A DNA stretch of 64,000 nt from contig NC_092676.1 in the NCBI RefSeq assembly GCF_964355755.1, positions 3,015,888 to 3,079,887 of the forward strand, written 5' to 3'. The notes under the pieces are model-generated. The model ran no database searches, was not told the origin of the DNA, and was given only the letters and a program-made list of their open reading frames with translations. This DNA comes from Antedon mediterranea. Lineage: Eukaryota; Animalia; Echinodermata. This document shows positions 1-12,145 of this stretch, one piece after another. Position 1 is the first letter of the stretch, and every line of letters begins with the position of its first letter. The position numbers and the translations under genes were made by a program.

Positions 1-1137
1 ATGAGAGTATTGGTGGTGATTTGGAGGAGGAGGAGGAGGAGGAATAATGAGAGTATTGGTGGTGATTTGGGGGAGGAGGAGGAGGAATAATGAGAGTATT
101 GGTGGTGATTTGGAGGAGGAGAAGGAGGAATAATGAGAGTATTGGTGGTGATTTGGGGAGGAGGAGGAGGGAATAATGAGAGTATTGGTGGTGATTTGGG
201 GGAGGAGGAGGAGGAATAATGAGAGTATTGGTGGTGATTTGGGGGAGGAGGGAGGAATAATGAGAGTATTGGTGGTGATTTGGGGAGGAGGAGGAGGAAT
301 AATGAGAGTATTGGTGGTGATTTGGGGGAGGAGGAGGAGGAATAATGAGAGTATTGGTGGTGATTTGGTGGAGGAGGAGGAGGAATAATGAGAGTATTGG
401 TGGTGATTTGGTGGAGGAGGAGGAGGAATAATGAGAGTATTGGTGGTGATTTGGTGGAGGAGGAGGAGGAATAATGAGAGTATTGGTGGTGATTTGGTGG
501 AGGAGGGAGGAGGAATACTGAGAGTATTGGTGGTGATTTGGTGGAGGAGGAGGAGGAATAATGAGAGTATTGGTGGTGATTTGGTGGAGGAGGAGGAGGA
601 ATAATGAGAGTATTGGTGGTGATTGGGGAGGAGGAGGAGGAATAATGAGAGTATTGGTGGTGATTTGGTGGAGGAGGAGGAGGAATAATGAGAGTATTGG
701 TGGTGATTTGGAGGATGAGGGAGGAGGAATAATGAGAGTATTGGTGGTGATTTGGTGGAGGAGGAGGAGGAATAATGAGAGTATTGGTGGTGATTTGGGG
801 GAGGAGGAGGAGGAATAATGAGAGTATTGGTGGTGATTTGGGGGAGGAGGAGGAGGAATAATGAGAGTATTGGTGGTGATTTGGTGGAGGAGGAGGAGGA
901 GGAATAATGAGAGTATTGGTGGTGATTTGGGGGAGGAGGAGGAGGAGGATAATGAGAGTATTGGTGGTGATTTGGTGGAGGAGGAGGAGGAATAATGAGA
1001 GTATTGGTGGTGATTTGGTGGAGGAGGAGGAGGAATAATGAGAGTATTGGTGGTGATTTGGTGGAGGAGGAGGAGGAATAATGAGAGTATTGGTGGTGAT
1101 TTGGGGGAGGAGGAGGAGGAATAATGAGAGTATTGGT
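1..1137. repeat. ~43-bp GA-rich minisatellite (ATGAGAGTATTGGTGGTGATTTGG(T/G)GGAGGAGGAGGAGGAATA)n, ~26 copies, runs off the window start
   Basis: Direct reading of tandem units with a variable internal (GGA)n tract. ORFs 176-388 and 561-818 are translations of the repeat. It probably lies in the last intron of the ZMYM gene. Confidence 0.97.
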
Positions 1138-1139
1138 TA

Positions 1140-1350
1140 ACTTAGTATTTGTATTTTGTATTTTGTATTTTGTATATGGATGTTTCTGTTTATTGTATTA
1201 GTATGCATTTATAATGTACACATTATTATCTAACTTGCTTGTTTAAAGGACCCCATTGGAATTAAGCTGTTTCAGCTTTATGGGTCATCCTGGTATTTTT
1301 GTTGTATTTCTTGAGTACCGAATAAAAAACAAACAAACAAATAAACAAAT
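1140..1350 (+). mobile_element. 3' end/UTR of a LINE (CR1/L2-like) with terminal hairpin and (AAAC)n tail
   Basis: T-rich UTR, hairpin GGACCCCATTGGAATTAAGCTG...CAGCTTTATGGGTCATCC, then AATAAA and an AAAC microsatellite tail. A related end lies at ~52110-52300. Confidence 0.55.
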
Positions 1351-1429
1351 TTGGGACTTTGTGAAAAGATATTAAAATGATATGTTAATTAAAGTCTTTC
1401 CATAAATTAGATTTTCTTTTTATTTACAG

Positions 1430-1652
1430 CCCAGAGACGGTGAAAAACAAACAGAATTCCTTGTACCTAATTCCGGAAAGAATGTGCATCCCAGACAGTC
1501 CAGTATGGTATTCCAGCTGTATGTTGGATGATGGAACATTGGAGAAGATGTTAGCAAAGGCATTGATGGTCAAAGACGTTCATGAATTCTGGGCAAAGAA
1601 GGAACAGGCCGTGGAAGAAGATGACGATTACTCCCCGGATGAAGATAGTTAA
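1430..1652 (+). CDS. ZMYM4: Terminal exon of a ZMYM2/3/4 (woc)-family MYM-type zinc finger protein (C-terminal DUF3504 region)
   Basis: Acceptor tttacAG at 1428-1429. (C)PETVKNKQNSLYLIPERMCIPDSPVWYSSCMLDDGTLEKMLAKALMVKDVHE matches the ZMYM2/4 C-terminus (CPxSVK..FYLxPERSCVPxSPxWY...LDxxTLExML.RxLxVxE). Stop TAA at 1650-1652. Upstream exons are outside the window, and the paralogue assignment is uncertain. Confidence 0.85.
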
Positions 1653-1719
1653 GAATATCTGTGTTGTGTCTGTTGGATGATAGAAGTTCGTACATTCAAC
1701 TCATTCTTGGTGTACATTA

Positions 1720-1867
1720 AGCTCTGTCTGCTCTATCAAACTAGTGTAATGTGCCCAAATATGGCAGTGATATATCCAAATACGGTAGTGATATGACATC
1801 AGCATGTCCATATATGGGCACATTAAATTGTTTTCATCACATAAAGTTTGATATTGTAGACAGCGCT
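1720..1867. mobile_element. MITE family A (PIF/Harbinger-like, TIR AGCTCTGTCTACACTATCAAACT)
   Basis: Inverted termini, internal CCAAATATGGTAGTGAT repeats and TWA-like flanks. Other copies at 22897-23066, 24343-24499, 27507-27660, 31639-31783, 41491-41651, 49229-49882 (interrupted), 50170-50304, 52380-52463 and 55829-55916. Confidence 0.85.
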
Positions 1868-3249
1868 TTTCGTTCTAGATGGTGATTTTAGTTATCATTT
1901 GTAAAAAGAAAATATTTTGGCACATTTGGCGTGTCATACTGATACTTGAGTATCAAAACAATGTAAAAAAGACAAAGAAATTGGCAGCAAGTCTGATATC
2001 AATTTTGTATAAAAGTTTGTAGAAGAAGGATAAAAAAAGAGTGTAGAAATTGGATTGAATGCACGGTACAGAGTGGTGAAAAAGATATTTATTAAGAAAT
2101 AGTTCTTCATATATTCTATGGCCAAGTCTTATGAAGATATTCCTTAATGATTTTTCCACTAAGAATATGATAATAGATAATTAATTTGATGAATTATGTA
2201 AATAAGTTTCCTTGTTAGCCATCTTTAATTTATATTTGATTAAGGTAACAAGTAGAGATCAATTAGGTCATTAGCTCCAATATCATTAAATCTATTTTTA
2301 GTAAAGAATGCTTTTTTGGAGATTTCTGTTTCATCGATGACTGATTAACATTTGTGTTTAATAGATTGATCCCTAATCCATGGTTGATTTTACTATAGAA
2401 GTATACTTTACTTCTCCTAATGTATAGGTGCTTGATGGCAATTTGACTTATTGGTATAAGCAGTGTGGCACATATGGCGTGTCATACATAGTTGATAGTA
2501 AAAGATTACATAAAAAAGACTATAGAGGCAAGTTACGTCTTTTATACATTGCCTACCGGTATTATAATTATTATTTCATGATTATACTGTATTTTTTTTA
2601 AACTTGCACAGAAAAATTGTACAAAGTATTTGCGTTGATATTAAGTAGAAAATAGTAACATCTCGTTTGTGTAAACAAAATTAAAAACCAGAATTTCAAA
2701 TCGCTGATGATATTGAATTATTGATTGAACTCCATGATTGAAGAATGTACATTACAGTTCTTTAGAATGCGAGAGTTAAATAAATGATAAAGGCGTCTTC
2801 ACGTTAAACGGTATACGATGCATTCGACGGTAACGTGTATATCTTGAACGCGACGCAAACGACAGATCGGATGACATTTAATCGTTACATCATTACGTTT
2901 CATCCAAATTAAATTGGAACCAAGAAATTACAATATATATTTTCCTAGGTGATGGATAGCGAAAATCGGATTTATGATTTGAAATTTGAGAGTAAATCTT
3001 TATCGGAAACTTAATGGTAATAGCCTACAAGCTTTGGCGTAAACAAAGAAATACTAACGACAATGTCCAAACAAAAGGTGTCGAGTGTTGTCTTTGCTAA
3101 TTGATATTCATGTTTCTTGAGTGGAAGAACGGTGGTAGTTGGTGGCGTGAGATGTTAGTAAGTAGGCCAAGTAATTATAAATGTATTATGTATTACGCCG
3201 AGAGTGTTAAAGAGTCGCTATCCAATCGAGTTTGAACAATACCATGAAA

Positions 3250-3321
3250 GCCCCAGTGGTCTAATGGTTAGGACATCTGCATATCAAGCAGGCGGTCCGA
3301 GTTCGAGTCCCGGTTGGGGCG
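3250..3321 (+). tRNA. tRNA-like gene or pseudogene (Asp-like, anticodon ATC), possibly a SINE head
   Basis: Cloverleaf: acceptor GCCCCAG/TTGGGGC, D arm around A-box TGGTCTAATGG, anticodon stem TCTGC/GCAGG with loop ATATCAA, T arm CCGAG-TTCGAGT-CCCGG (one A-C mismatch). A T5 Pol III terminator follows. Confidence 0.7.
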
Positions 3322-4139
3322 ACTTTTTCTCATTCTCACAGATTTCCTCATCTTTATCGTTTCAAATTAATTAATTAAATTTCAGTATATCTCCGGGCGG
3401 TTTCGAATTAATGTTCATTGCTGCCTAATGTGTTTATTAATGTATTATGTTCTGTAGGCCTATATCAGTAAATTGTATTGTCCCTCAAAACATAAAGAAT
3501 AAATATAAATAAATCAAAACTTTGAATAGGCTATTTTGTAGTTTTTATGAAATTCACTTCCGTAGGAAAAAACCCCAACAAAAACAATGATTTTAGTTCG
3601 TTATAAACAGACAAAATAAAAGGTTAAATTTAACACAAAAAAAAATAAAAAAACAGTTGTACTTAAAGAATTAGTTTATGGTTGACTGTTCCCTCTAAAT
3701 TACGATTTTCAGGTAGATAATTTTTAACATTTTAATTTATACTGTGTTTAAAATGAATAGGCCTAATTATTTTGCGACATTTATTAAAACAGTATATTCA
3801 ACAAAAAATTGTTTATACTAATTTTTTTTTTAGGTGGAGAATAATAATCTTTAACTAAAAAAATATATATTATTACATATTAATGAAAACAAATATCGTT
3901 TATTTTGTTTACACAAGAAAATTACAACCATTGTTTTTGTAAATTATTTGAATAAATTATTAATTAATTTCTGATAATATTGTACAGTAGTAGGCTAGTA
4001 TATGTAATGGATTTCCCCCAAAGCTCTTAAAGCGATTATGAAGTACCTACCATCTGTCGCATGCTGAGTAATTTGTACCTTACTGTTGATGATCTTTCTG
4101 TTACAGCAGAAACAATAGCACATAGGCCTACAGATTGAA

Positions 4140-6810
4140 ATGGCTGCTAACATCGTTCCATATGCTTGCTTACACATTGGTAAGTTTTATCTGAATTATA
4201 CGTTTTTACAAATTAATGTTATAAGAATTACTGTCTAAATTTTCTGCGTTTTTATATTTTGTAGTATCAGTAAATATCTTTATTCATCCCTCCTAGAAGG
4301 CCAATTAACAAAAGGAGATAGATTACATCAGCTTACAATAAAAAAGAGATACTTTTTCTATTTCTATCTTTTAGTACATGTATTTTATATACAGTCTTTT
4401 CGAAGGCGTTCTTTCAAGTGATTTATATTTACAATATCTTTTTTATATATCGCTGTTTAACCAATGACTATCGCTCGTAATTGGTCAACTCACTTGCGTT
4501 GCGCCTACGTCCTTGCGTTGCGTTGCGCCTACGTCCTTGCGTTTCGCCTACGTCCTGGCGTTGCGCCTACGTCCTTGGCTTGGTTGCGCATACGTCATTG
4601 CGTTGCGCCTACGTCCTTGCGTTGCGCCTACGTCGTTGCGTTCTAGTGGGAACACAAGCTTACTGAAATCTCTTCAGATTCGTGAATTATTTTGTTTTCA
4701 CAGTAACTAGATGCATTTTTACAATGAAACAATTAATATACAACAACTGTAAAGATACAAAGTCTTTGAAATAATGTTTTATTAAATTTTATTGCTATTT
4801 TTAATTTCCCAGATGCATCATGGTATGATGTCCTAGCAGCTGTTTCCATGACAATGAGTCTAGGTCACGATAACCGGGAGGATGTCAAACGCAAGTTGCA
4901 GGACACATTTCAGAATATTAAAAACCGAAACACAGTGATTCCATGTCTGTCAGTGAGGTCAGCGTTTGACCTGTACTTACAGGTCAAGAAGTACCCGATA
5001 GGGTCAGAGGTCATTATGACTGCTGTCAATATCCCAAGTATGAGTGAAATTGTAAAACATCATGGGTTAAATGTGGTTCCATGGGATATCAGTATCAATA
5101 CATTGTTACCTAATCTAGACTCTTTTAAACAGATGGTATCAAACAAAACTGTTGGTGTTTTAGTTTCCCATATTTATGGCAAATATTCGAATATAGATGA
5201 TTTGATATCAGTTGCTAAGCAACATAATCTTGACGTAATTGAGGACTGTGCAGAATCGTTTCACGGTCTTGAAGAACTTGGTAATGCGCAGGCAGATATT
5301 GCGATGTTTAGTTTTGGAATAATCAAACACGCAACAGCATTTGGGGGTTCGCTGGTCAAAGTTCATGACCCTCAGATAGCAGAAAGGATGACCTCTCTGC
5401 ATGAAACATATCCAGTGCAGAACAGAAGTCAATACTTGCGAAAAGTGCTGAAGTATGCATTTCTGATGACGTTAGTGAATAGTCCATTTGTTACAAAGTA
5501 TGTTACAATGGTTGCTCGTGAATTGAACATTAATTACAAGGACTTGTTTGTACAGTATTTACGCACTTTTCCGGGTGACCTAATTAAGTCTATACGTCAG
5601 CAACCGTCTACGCCGTTAATGTGGATGATATACCGAAGGTATGAATAAACAAAATAATTAATTTATAACAATACTAATTTTTTAGTTATAGTGAACTACA
5701 ATTGAAAATATTATTTTAAAAAACACAAATAATGCTTATTATACCTGTTTAGGTTGAAAAATGTTGACCCAGACTCTTTCAAAGAAGGAATGAGAAGATA
5801 CGAGTATGTGGCAAATAAGATACCCAGTGAAATGTTGGTGGGGCGTGACAATGATTCGAAAAACTATTGGCTATTTCCTGTCCTTGTGGTAAGTTGTGTG
5901 GGAGATGGGCACGGTGACTACCCCTGACATTGAATAGCTGAGAGTTGATGTATAATTGACTCCTTTTTGGACCTGAGCAATCGGGAGGAAGAATCTGGTT
6001 AAAAAATAATACACAGACGATGATGAATCTTTTATATATGTGTATAAAGTTCAAAACATCTTACACTGCTATTTTATATAGAATTCCCAGTGCTGTATCT
6101 CCACTTTAACTATCTATTTCCGAAATATCATAGGAATATTTGTTAATACAGCATCTCATTTATCATGTAAGATTATGTTAAGGGTTGTGTTACTAACTAG
6201 ATACACATAAAATACATATGATGTTGTATTTCTTCTATGATACTTCGGAAATAGATACAGTACCGAGAACTGACTGAAACTGCAGTAAGTCTAAGCTAAT
6301 TTTCAGATTTGGTCCAAACACTTGTATATTGCATGGTAAGATAATTATGGTAAAACACATAGTTATTAGCCTAGGCCTATTAACAGAGTGGGTTCTCTTT
6401 TTTTTCGAACCCAGCATTGGTTTTGTTTGATTGCACATGACAACCCACTAAATTCCCAAGATATAGCCAAAATCCGAATAATGGGTACGTCTTTGTAAAA
6501 TGTTCTTTTCCAGAATAACCCAACAAAGTTCATCAAACTGTTATCGTCACTTGGTGTTGATGCCTACAGTGGTGCTACACAACTTTCCATAGTAGTCGCA
6601 ACTAACCAGACAGAAGCCCCATATCCACATGAGGCATGTAGCATGTTGGAAAGGGTTGTCTATCTACCAGTGCATAAGCATGTTCCATTCCACCATCTTG
6701 ATAACATCTGCTGTGCATTAGAAACTGCAATGAAAATGCTGGATGCATCAGAAGAGGAGTACGATGGAAAGAATCCAAAGATGCAGAAAAAGTTTAGAAG
6801 TAAATTGTGA
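4140..6810 (+). CDS. DegT/DnrJ/EryC1/StrS-family PLP-dependent aminotransferase-like protein, 4 coding exons (4140-4179, 4813-5638, 5753-5888, 6514-6810)
   Basis: All introns are GT-AG with consistent phases. Motifs include GSEVIMTAVN, VLVSHIYG, VIEDCAES (PLP-binding Asp), SFGIIKHATAFGG (Schiff-base Lys), NYWLFPV and the C-terminal VVYLPVH, all typical of fold-type-I sugar aminotransferases. Confidence 0.88.
4470..4661. mobile_element. MITE family B half-copy with an internal 19-bp tandem expansion (TTGCGTTGCGCCTACGTCC)n
   Basis: Ends in CTAGTGGGAAC..AAGCT (family B TIR), with about 7 tandem units. It lies in intron 1 of the aminotransferase. ORFs 4464, 4481 and 4513 are spurious. Confidence 0.85.
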
Positions 6811-8029
6811 TATTGTTTAATTAAACGTTTGCTTGGCGAATAGACACCGGTAAAGTGCGATGTGCACCTTGAAGAATAGAAAAAGACGATTGTATCATAA
6901 CCGATCTCGAGACATTCTCAACCATACTTTATTCTCTTTTGAAAACACATGGGGTAACTCAAATCTAACTTTACTAGAGTATTTTTGTTCACTTAATTAT
7001 GGTTTGTAACTTTAATTTACCGCTGTGGACATTTAAGAGGGAATGTTTTATAATAATCTCTTGTTTAGGTAACTATATAGCAATGGATGATATGATGGGG
7101 AAAACGTTAAATTAATAATAAAATTCATCTTGTTGTGGTCTTCCTCATTGTTAAAAACTGCATTTGCTGTTGGGAATTTTTTTCTTCAAAATTTTTCATT
7201 ATTTTTGTATATTGTATTTCAAATGATTTGGTTTTTATTTTATTGAAAGCAATACACTTATTGCGCATGCGTAAACGAATTTCGCCAAAAAGTAAACGCA
7301 TTCTTAAAGATAAGAATCGCCGTCCAGGACAAATATGTATTTCATATAAAAATAATACCATTCAGTAGAAGATTTAAACTGTCGAGTCAGCTTTCAATCC
7401 AAATAAAAAGATAATTACAGTTCAACCTTTGGAGGTTTTGAAAACTATATATATATATGGTTTGTACTTAATTTGCTGTTACACATTGAAGATACATTAG
7501 ACAACATTTGACCTATTTAGACCTATTTAAATTACTGCGTTTGTCATGTTGTTAAGAAGCTAAGTATGCTATGCGTCTTGAAAGTCAATCACAATCCTTC
7601 ATCTAAAAGCTATAAACACGTTTTGTAGGTTGGCACGCATTATCATAAGAATATAGAAAACTACTTGAAATCATGCATGATGCGGTATTGTTGCTAATCA
7701 AATTCTCTTCATCTTGCCGATAATTGTCACGACGCAATGTTTACTCGGCAAACACATCACAACGATGACTGATGGAGTTTTCATGTTCTAGACAAATAAA
7801 AAGTCATACCGCAGCACCCTCAGACTTTATTGTTGAATGGTTAGAAGAATTTTTATTTGGTTTGGATATTAAAGAAGATTATGTGAATGAAGAGAGTTGA
7901 CAAATCTGTGCTAAGTTGCGTTGTTGCTTAGCAATATTCAACTATGGCAATTATCTAGAGTGTCGTCGTTAACATACTGCTGTCTTCATCGTCTGATTAC
8001 GAACATGAATGACATAGGCTCTGGTTGCC

Positions 8030-8415
8030 TTTCAGATTTTGTAAATTTTATACGCCGTATTAACGGCTGTAAGCCTACTAACGTTCCTTTAAACGATTGA
8101 GCTACTTTGGATATCTTACTGGAAAACATACTGCACAGATAGAACATGTGAATATTTCAGCCCGATCTTAAGGAACATTAACTGGTTCTTGTATGATGTT
8201 TTCATGTGTTTTATATGCACCTGTTGTCTTTCTGATTTTGTGAATTTTGTACGCCGTATTAATGGATGTAAACATACTGACGTTCCTCTAAACGATTGAG
8301 CTACTTTGGATGTTTTACTGGAAAACACACCGTACAGATACAATGATTTTGAATATTTCAGCCCGATCTTAAAGAACATTAACTGGTTTTTGTATAATGT
8401 TTTATTGTGTTTCCT
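8030..8415. repeat. ~200-bp tandem duplication immediately upstream of the 8433 ORF
   Basis: GATTTTGT(A/G)AATTTT(A/G)TACGCCGTATTAA...TTTCAGCCCGATCTTAA..AACATTAACTGGTT occurs twice, at ~8035 and ~8234. Confidence 0.85.
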
Positions 8416-8432
8416 GCTTATGACAGACAAAT

Positions 8433-9284
8433 ATGGCATCGAGTGCTAAAAAGTCTCGTGAATTCAAGGCATTTCCAGTGTCCGTTGACATGGTTAGAGT
8501 TCAGAAAAATATTAAAACTGAAGAGAGAAAGTTAAAAGTAACGTTTGATAAGATGGAAAAGAAAAAGCACACCGATGCTGTGAAACACTTCACAGAAATG
8601 AGGGCAATTCGAAAAGAACTCCAAGGAGTCGAGCTTGCAAAGGCACAGACAACTATGACGTTTTCTTCACGTCAAGTCGCTGGTTTAGAAAAACCACCTT
8701 TTTTAACTTGTAAAAGTGTTACGAAATTCATACCTCCGACATTATGCCGACGTTACTTCGTTTCTATTGGACCGTCTGCATCCTCAACTGGAGCTGCTCA
8801 ATCCAGAGATTCGACTTCTCGGTCTTCATCTAGGAATTCAACACGACATTGTTCATTTTCAACAACTCGTAGCGAATTACTTTCCAACACTCGATTGTCA
8901 AATCACAGGTTAAGCATCGTAGAATATGAGCATATCAGAAAGCGTTCTAAAAGTTCATTGACATATAGACAGGAAAATGTGAAACACCCGTCCTCTCCTT
9001 TTAATACTTCATCTTGGATAGATGACGAAGAAGAATATGGTTTTTATAAGGAACCTTTTTCAGTTAAAAGTCAAAAGGTTCAGAAGTCAACAGAAGACTC
9101 TGTCTCACCAACAAAGACTGCTGCTCCTGAAAGGTTCACGAGTGAAGTACCTTCATCAACACTTTTGAGAATAAAAGCATTAAAACTGGACACTAAACGT
9201 CAGAACAGTGTCCTATCTGAAAGAGTAAAACAATTCATGAAGCCTCCGTCCACACCTACATTTAAGAAATATGTATACAAATAG
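8433..9284 (+). CDS. Uncharacterised single-coding-exon protein (283 aa): N-terminal coiled coil, Ser-rich linker, C-terminal LxxRVxxF motif (CCDC190-like)
   Basis: 852-bp open frame in AT-rich DNA, preceded by an acceptor-like ACAG. N-terminal N..EERKL...F..ME heptads. The family call is tentative. Confidence 0.7.
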   Translation: MASSAKKSREFKAFPVSVDMVRVQKNIKTEERKLKVTFDKMEKKKHTDAVKHFTEMRAIRKELQGVELAKAQTTMTFSSRQVAGLEKPPFLTCKSVTKFIPPTLCRRYFVSIGPSASSTGAAQSRDSTSRSSSRNSTRHCSFSTTRSELLSNTRLSNHRLSIVEYEHIRKRSKSSLTYRQENVKHPSSPFNTSSWIDDEEEYGFYKEPFSVKSQKVQKSTEDSVSPTKTAAPERFTSEVPSSTLLRIKALKLDTKRQNSVLSERVKQFMKPPSTPTFKKYVYK

Positions 9285-11929
9285 CGCGTCTTCTCTTCTA
9301 TTGATAATGTGTAGTGTTCTGAGCTCGTATTGTCGATAAACTCGTACTGCAGTTGCTTGGCGAATTGTTATGGTAGTAGAGAAGCTTGGTAAAATCCAAG
9401 CTTACTACTAAGTTCAAGTCGTAGGTTCATCTTGACCGTACTGTCAACGTTACGAGAGTTTTTACCAAAGCGTGTCCGAAACAGAGTGCGGTTTAAAATA
9501 AGTTGATGGAATGAGCCTATTGGCAATGACACGGTAGAAGCATGGAGTTATTTATATGGTAGAAGTATACAGAATAAAAGCAATGAAATCGCTGATAATA
9601 TGATCTTTGCGAAAATACAATCGAATAGGTTCAGTCCAACTTATTGAGGCTCATGCGCATGTCCACAAACTTGGCCTGGTCTCACCCATGTATCAGAATA
9701 ACGTTTGGTTACACTAAGATTACACATTGATAATTTAATTGTATCTTTTGACTTATCTGAAACACATGTTTAACCATGTTATTTGCTTCTGAAGTGCTGA
9801 TTACATCTTCAAACGAGTTGGAATGATATTCTACGTCGAATTTTAGAGTTGCTAAGAACAAATGGCATTTTTAAACAAAACTAGTGGACAAAAGCTATCT
9901 ATCTGGCGTCAGTCATCAGTTATAAGATAAATTGCTTTCGTCACAGTTATTTTCAGATCTTGTATAATTATTATTTAAGCACACTGTGAAATAGACCGGT
10001 GCTGTGAGGAGTTATTAAACGTTTTTCTTAATTTGTTATGTTTGCACAAAGTTTGGTGAGTTTCCATATTAAATAATAATTAACTTAGGCCTAATATTTT
10101 ATTTTATTTTTATTCTTACGCCGTTAGTCTTGTTACAATTATAGTTGAAAAGTTAATAATGGTAACATTATATAGTATTATTTTCTCGTTTCAATTATTT
10201 TCCGTCGAAATGAAAGTCGGAAAATACTTTTATGTGTTACGTTTTAATAGGTTATTGCAGTAGGTAATGTACATGGATTTATTTGTGACTTGAAATATCT
10301 GAGTCTTCTCACTATGTTCTACAACTCATTTCAGAGGCCCGTAAGAAAAATCACTTATTTTGCATTCATACTGAATTCCCTAATTTATTCAGAGGCGCAT
10401 AAAAAGTCACTTATTTTGCATACATAGGCCTACTCAATTCCCTAAGAATAATGTGTGAATATTCACCAATGAGAATTTAAATAAACGTGAGATGAACTCA
10501 CACAAGACAACAAAAAAAGGAATAATGTGTAGTGTACGGAAAAAAGAGTAATTTTGTATACACAGTCGAACCCTCCTTTGAGACTCCCCATATAAAGGGA
10601 TAATTTGATGGGTAATCTATTGTGTTGGTAATTACCAGGTACGTAGAATTAATGACACTGTATACAAATTTTCCATTATGTTAGCGCATTACCAACATTG
10701 TGCTTGTTTTTAATGTAGACCGTACTGTCAAAATATGAACACTTACCGTAAACACGGCGCGTTGTATTGTTCATGTCACCTTTAAAGTTCAAGTTACACA
10801 GTGATGAATAAAGATGGGTAAACTTTGTATATTTAGTGTTCTTGGATCTTGTTTGCACCGTTCAAATACAGTTGAGAGATCATTTTCGGTCCATTGCTTG
10901 TTGGACGATAGTTTTAAATCCTAGGCCTAATACATCGTATTGTTCAAGAAGAATTATCCTATAAGAGTTGATTTATTTGGAATATTTATCTTAAAACATA
11001 GGCTACAGTAGTACTTGGTATGGTAAGTAAATCATTTTATTGGGACATTGCTCATTATTTAAATTACCTTTGGGTTTCTTGTTGTTAGTCATCATCTAGG
11101 CCCTCCTAAATACACAGGCCTAATATCTTATTAGTATTCAGTGGGACGCCTGAAATGTGCGTTCACACTTAACGCCAAACGCTTTGTTACTTACCAAAAG
11201 CCTCCGTGTAACCAGGAGGAAATAAATCAATGAACACTTGTTGTTCTATTTCCTACGGTACGTCTTGGCTAATAGTGTTTTGTTTTTGTTTCTCTATAGT
11301 TATTAAATCTTGAAATAATTTCATTTGGATCCTAATATTATAGAAGAACAATGTTTCTTTTTTGTTGATCCAATAGATAGATTTATTTTCGATCTATTGA
11401 ATAAAAAAAATATGTCCATAGTTATGCCTACATGGCGTTTAGTCTTATTTTATTGACATTATCAAATGTTTATATTTAAAATTTAACAAAGTCATCGCGT
11501 GTTTTAAAATCAAATGTGTTGTATCTAATTTGAAAATTGTTATCAAATCTCAAATATGAAATATTTTCTACTATTATGAAACACACTGCATTGTTGACAA
11601 ACACGATAACTGTGTTTAAAGTGTACACTGTACCTATGGATATACACCTTTGTTAAATGTACACTACATCGGTTATTAACCTAATATTTATATTATAATG
11701 CATTATGATACATAAATAGATATTTATTGCATATTATTTAATTTGATCAGTTTATCAACAAAAGTAAAGAGCGTACATACTACTTTACGTGGTCTGGGAT
11801 CCAGGATTTTGAAATAGGTGGGGAGAGGGCGTGGGTATACAATTATTGTAAAAGCGCTGAACTTTATCCAATTTCCTAATCTTTTGGATTTAGCGGGGAT
11901 GGGTGAGGGGAGCTTCCTGGATCCACTTA

Positions 11930-12145
11930 TGGGAAGGGTAATATACAGCGTTCTATCACATTAACGCAATTTACGCAACGTAAGCAAATGCCCTTCCAAT
12001 AATTGTGTTTTCCCCCGCCTGCGTTAAAAATCAAACCTGCGATATTTGCCGCACTATTGAGTCGTCGGTTCCCACTTGTGATTACGCAATAAATCACTTT
12101 GCGTCGATACGTCGCTGCGTTGCGTTCTAGTGGGAACCACGCTTT
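11930..12145. mobile_element. MITE family B (Harbinger-like, TIR AGC(G/T)TGGTTCCCACTAG)
   Basis: Ends TTCTAGTGGGAACCACGCTTTA. Further copies at 14165-14325, 15060-15205, 18800-18920, 21641-21870, 30499-30665, 30690-31043, 32181-32880, 38848-38933, 39983-40355, 44407-44511, ~45105-45262 and 62870-62953. Confidence 0.85.

Noticed and set aside
176-818. ORFs with MRVLVVIW/RRRRNNESIGGD repeats
   Set aside because: These are translations of the 43-bp minisatellite, with frameshifts between units.
4464-4710. Three overlapping ORFs (LRCAYVLA repeats)
   Set aside because: They come from a 19-bp tandem expansion inside a MITE in an intron.
4848-5648. Bacterial contamination suggested by the DegT-like ORF
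   Set aside because: The gene has three in-phase spliceosomal introns, one containing a host MITE, and matches the host composition.
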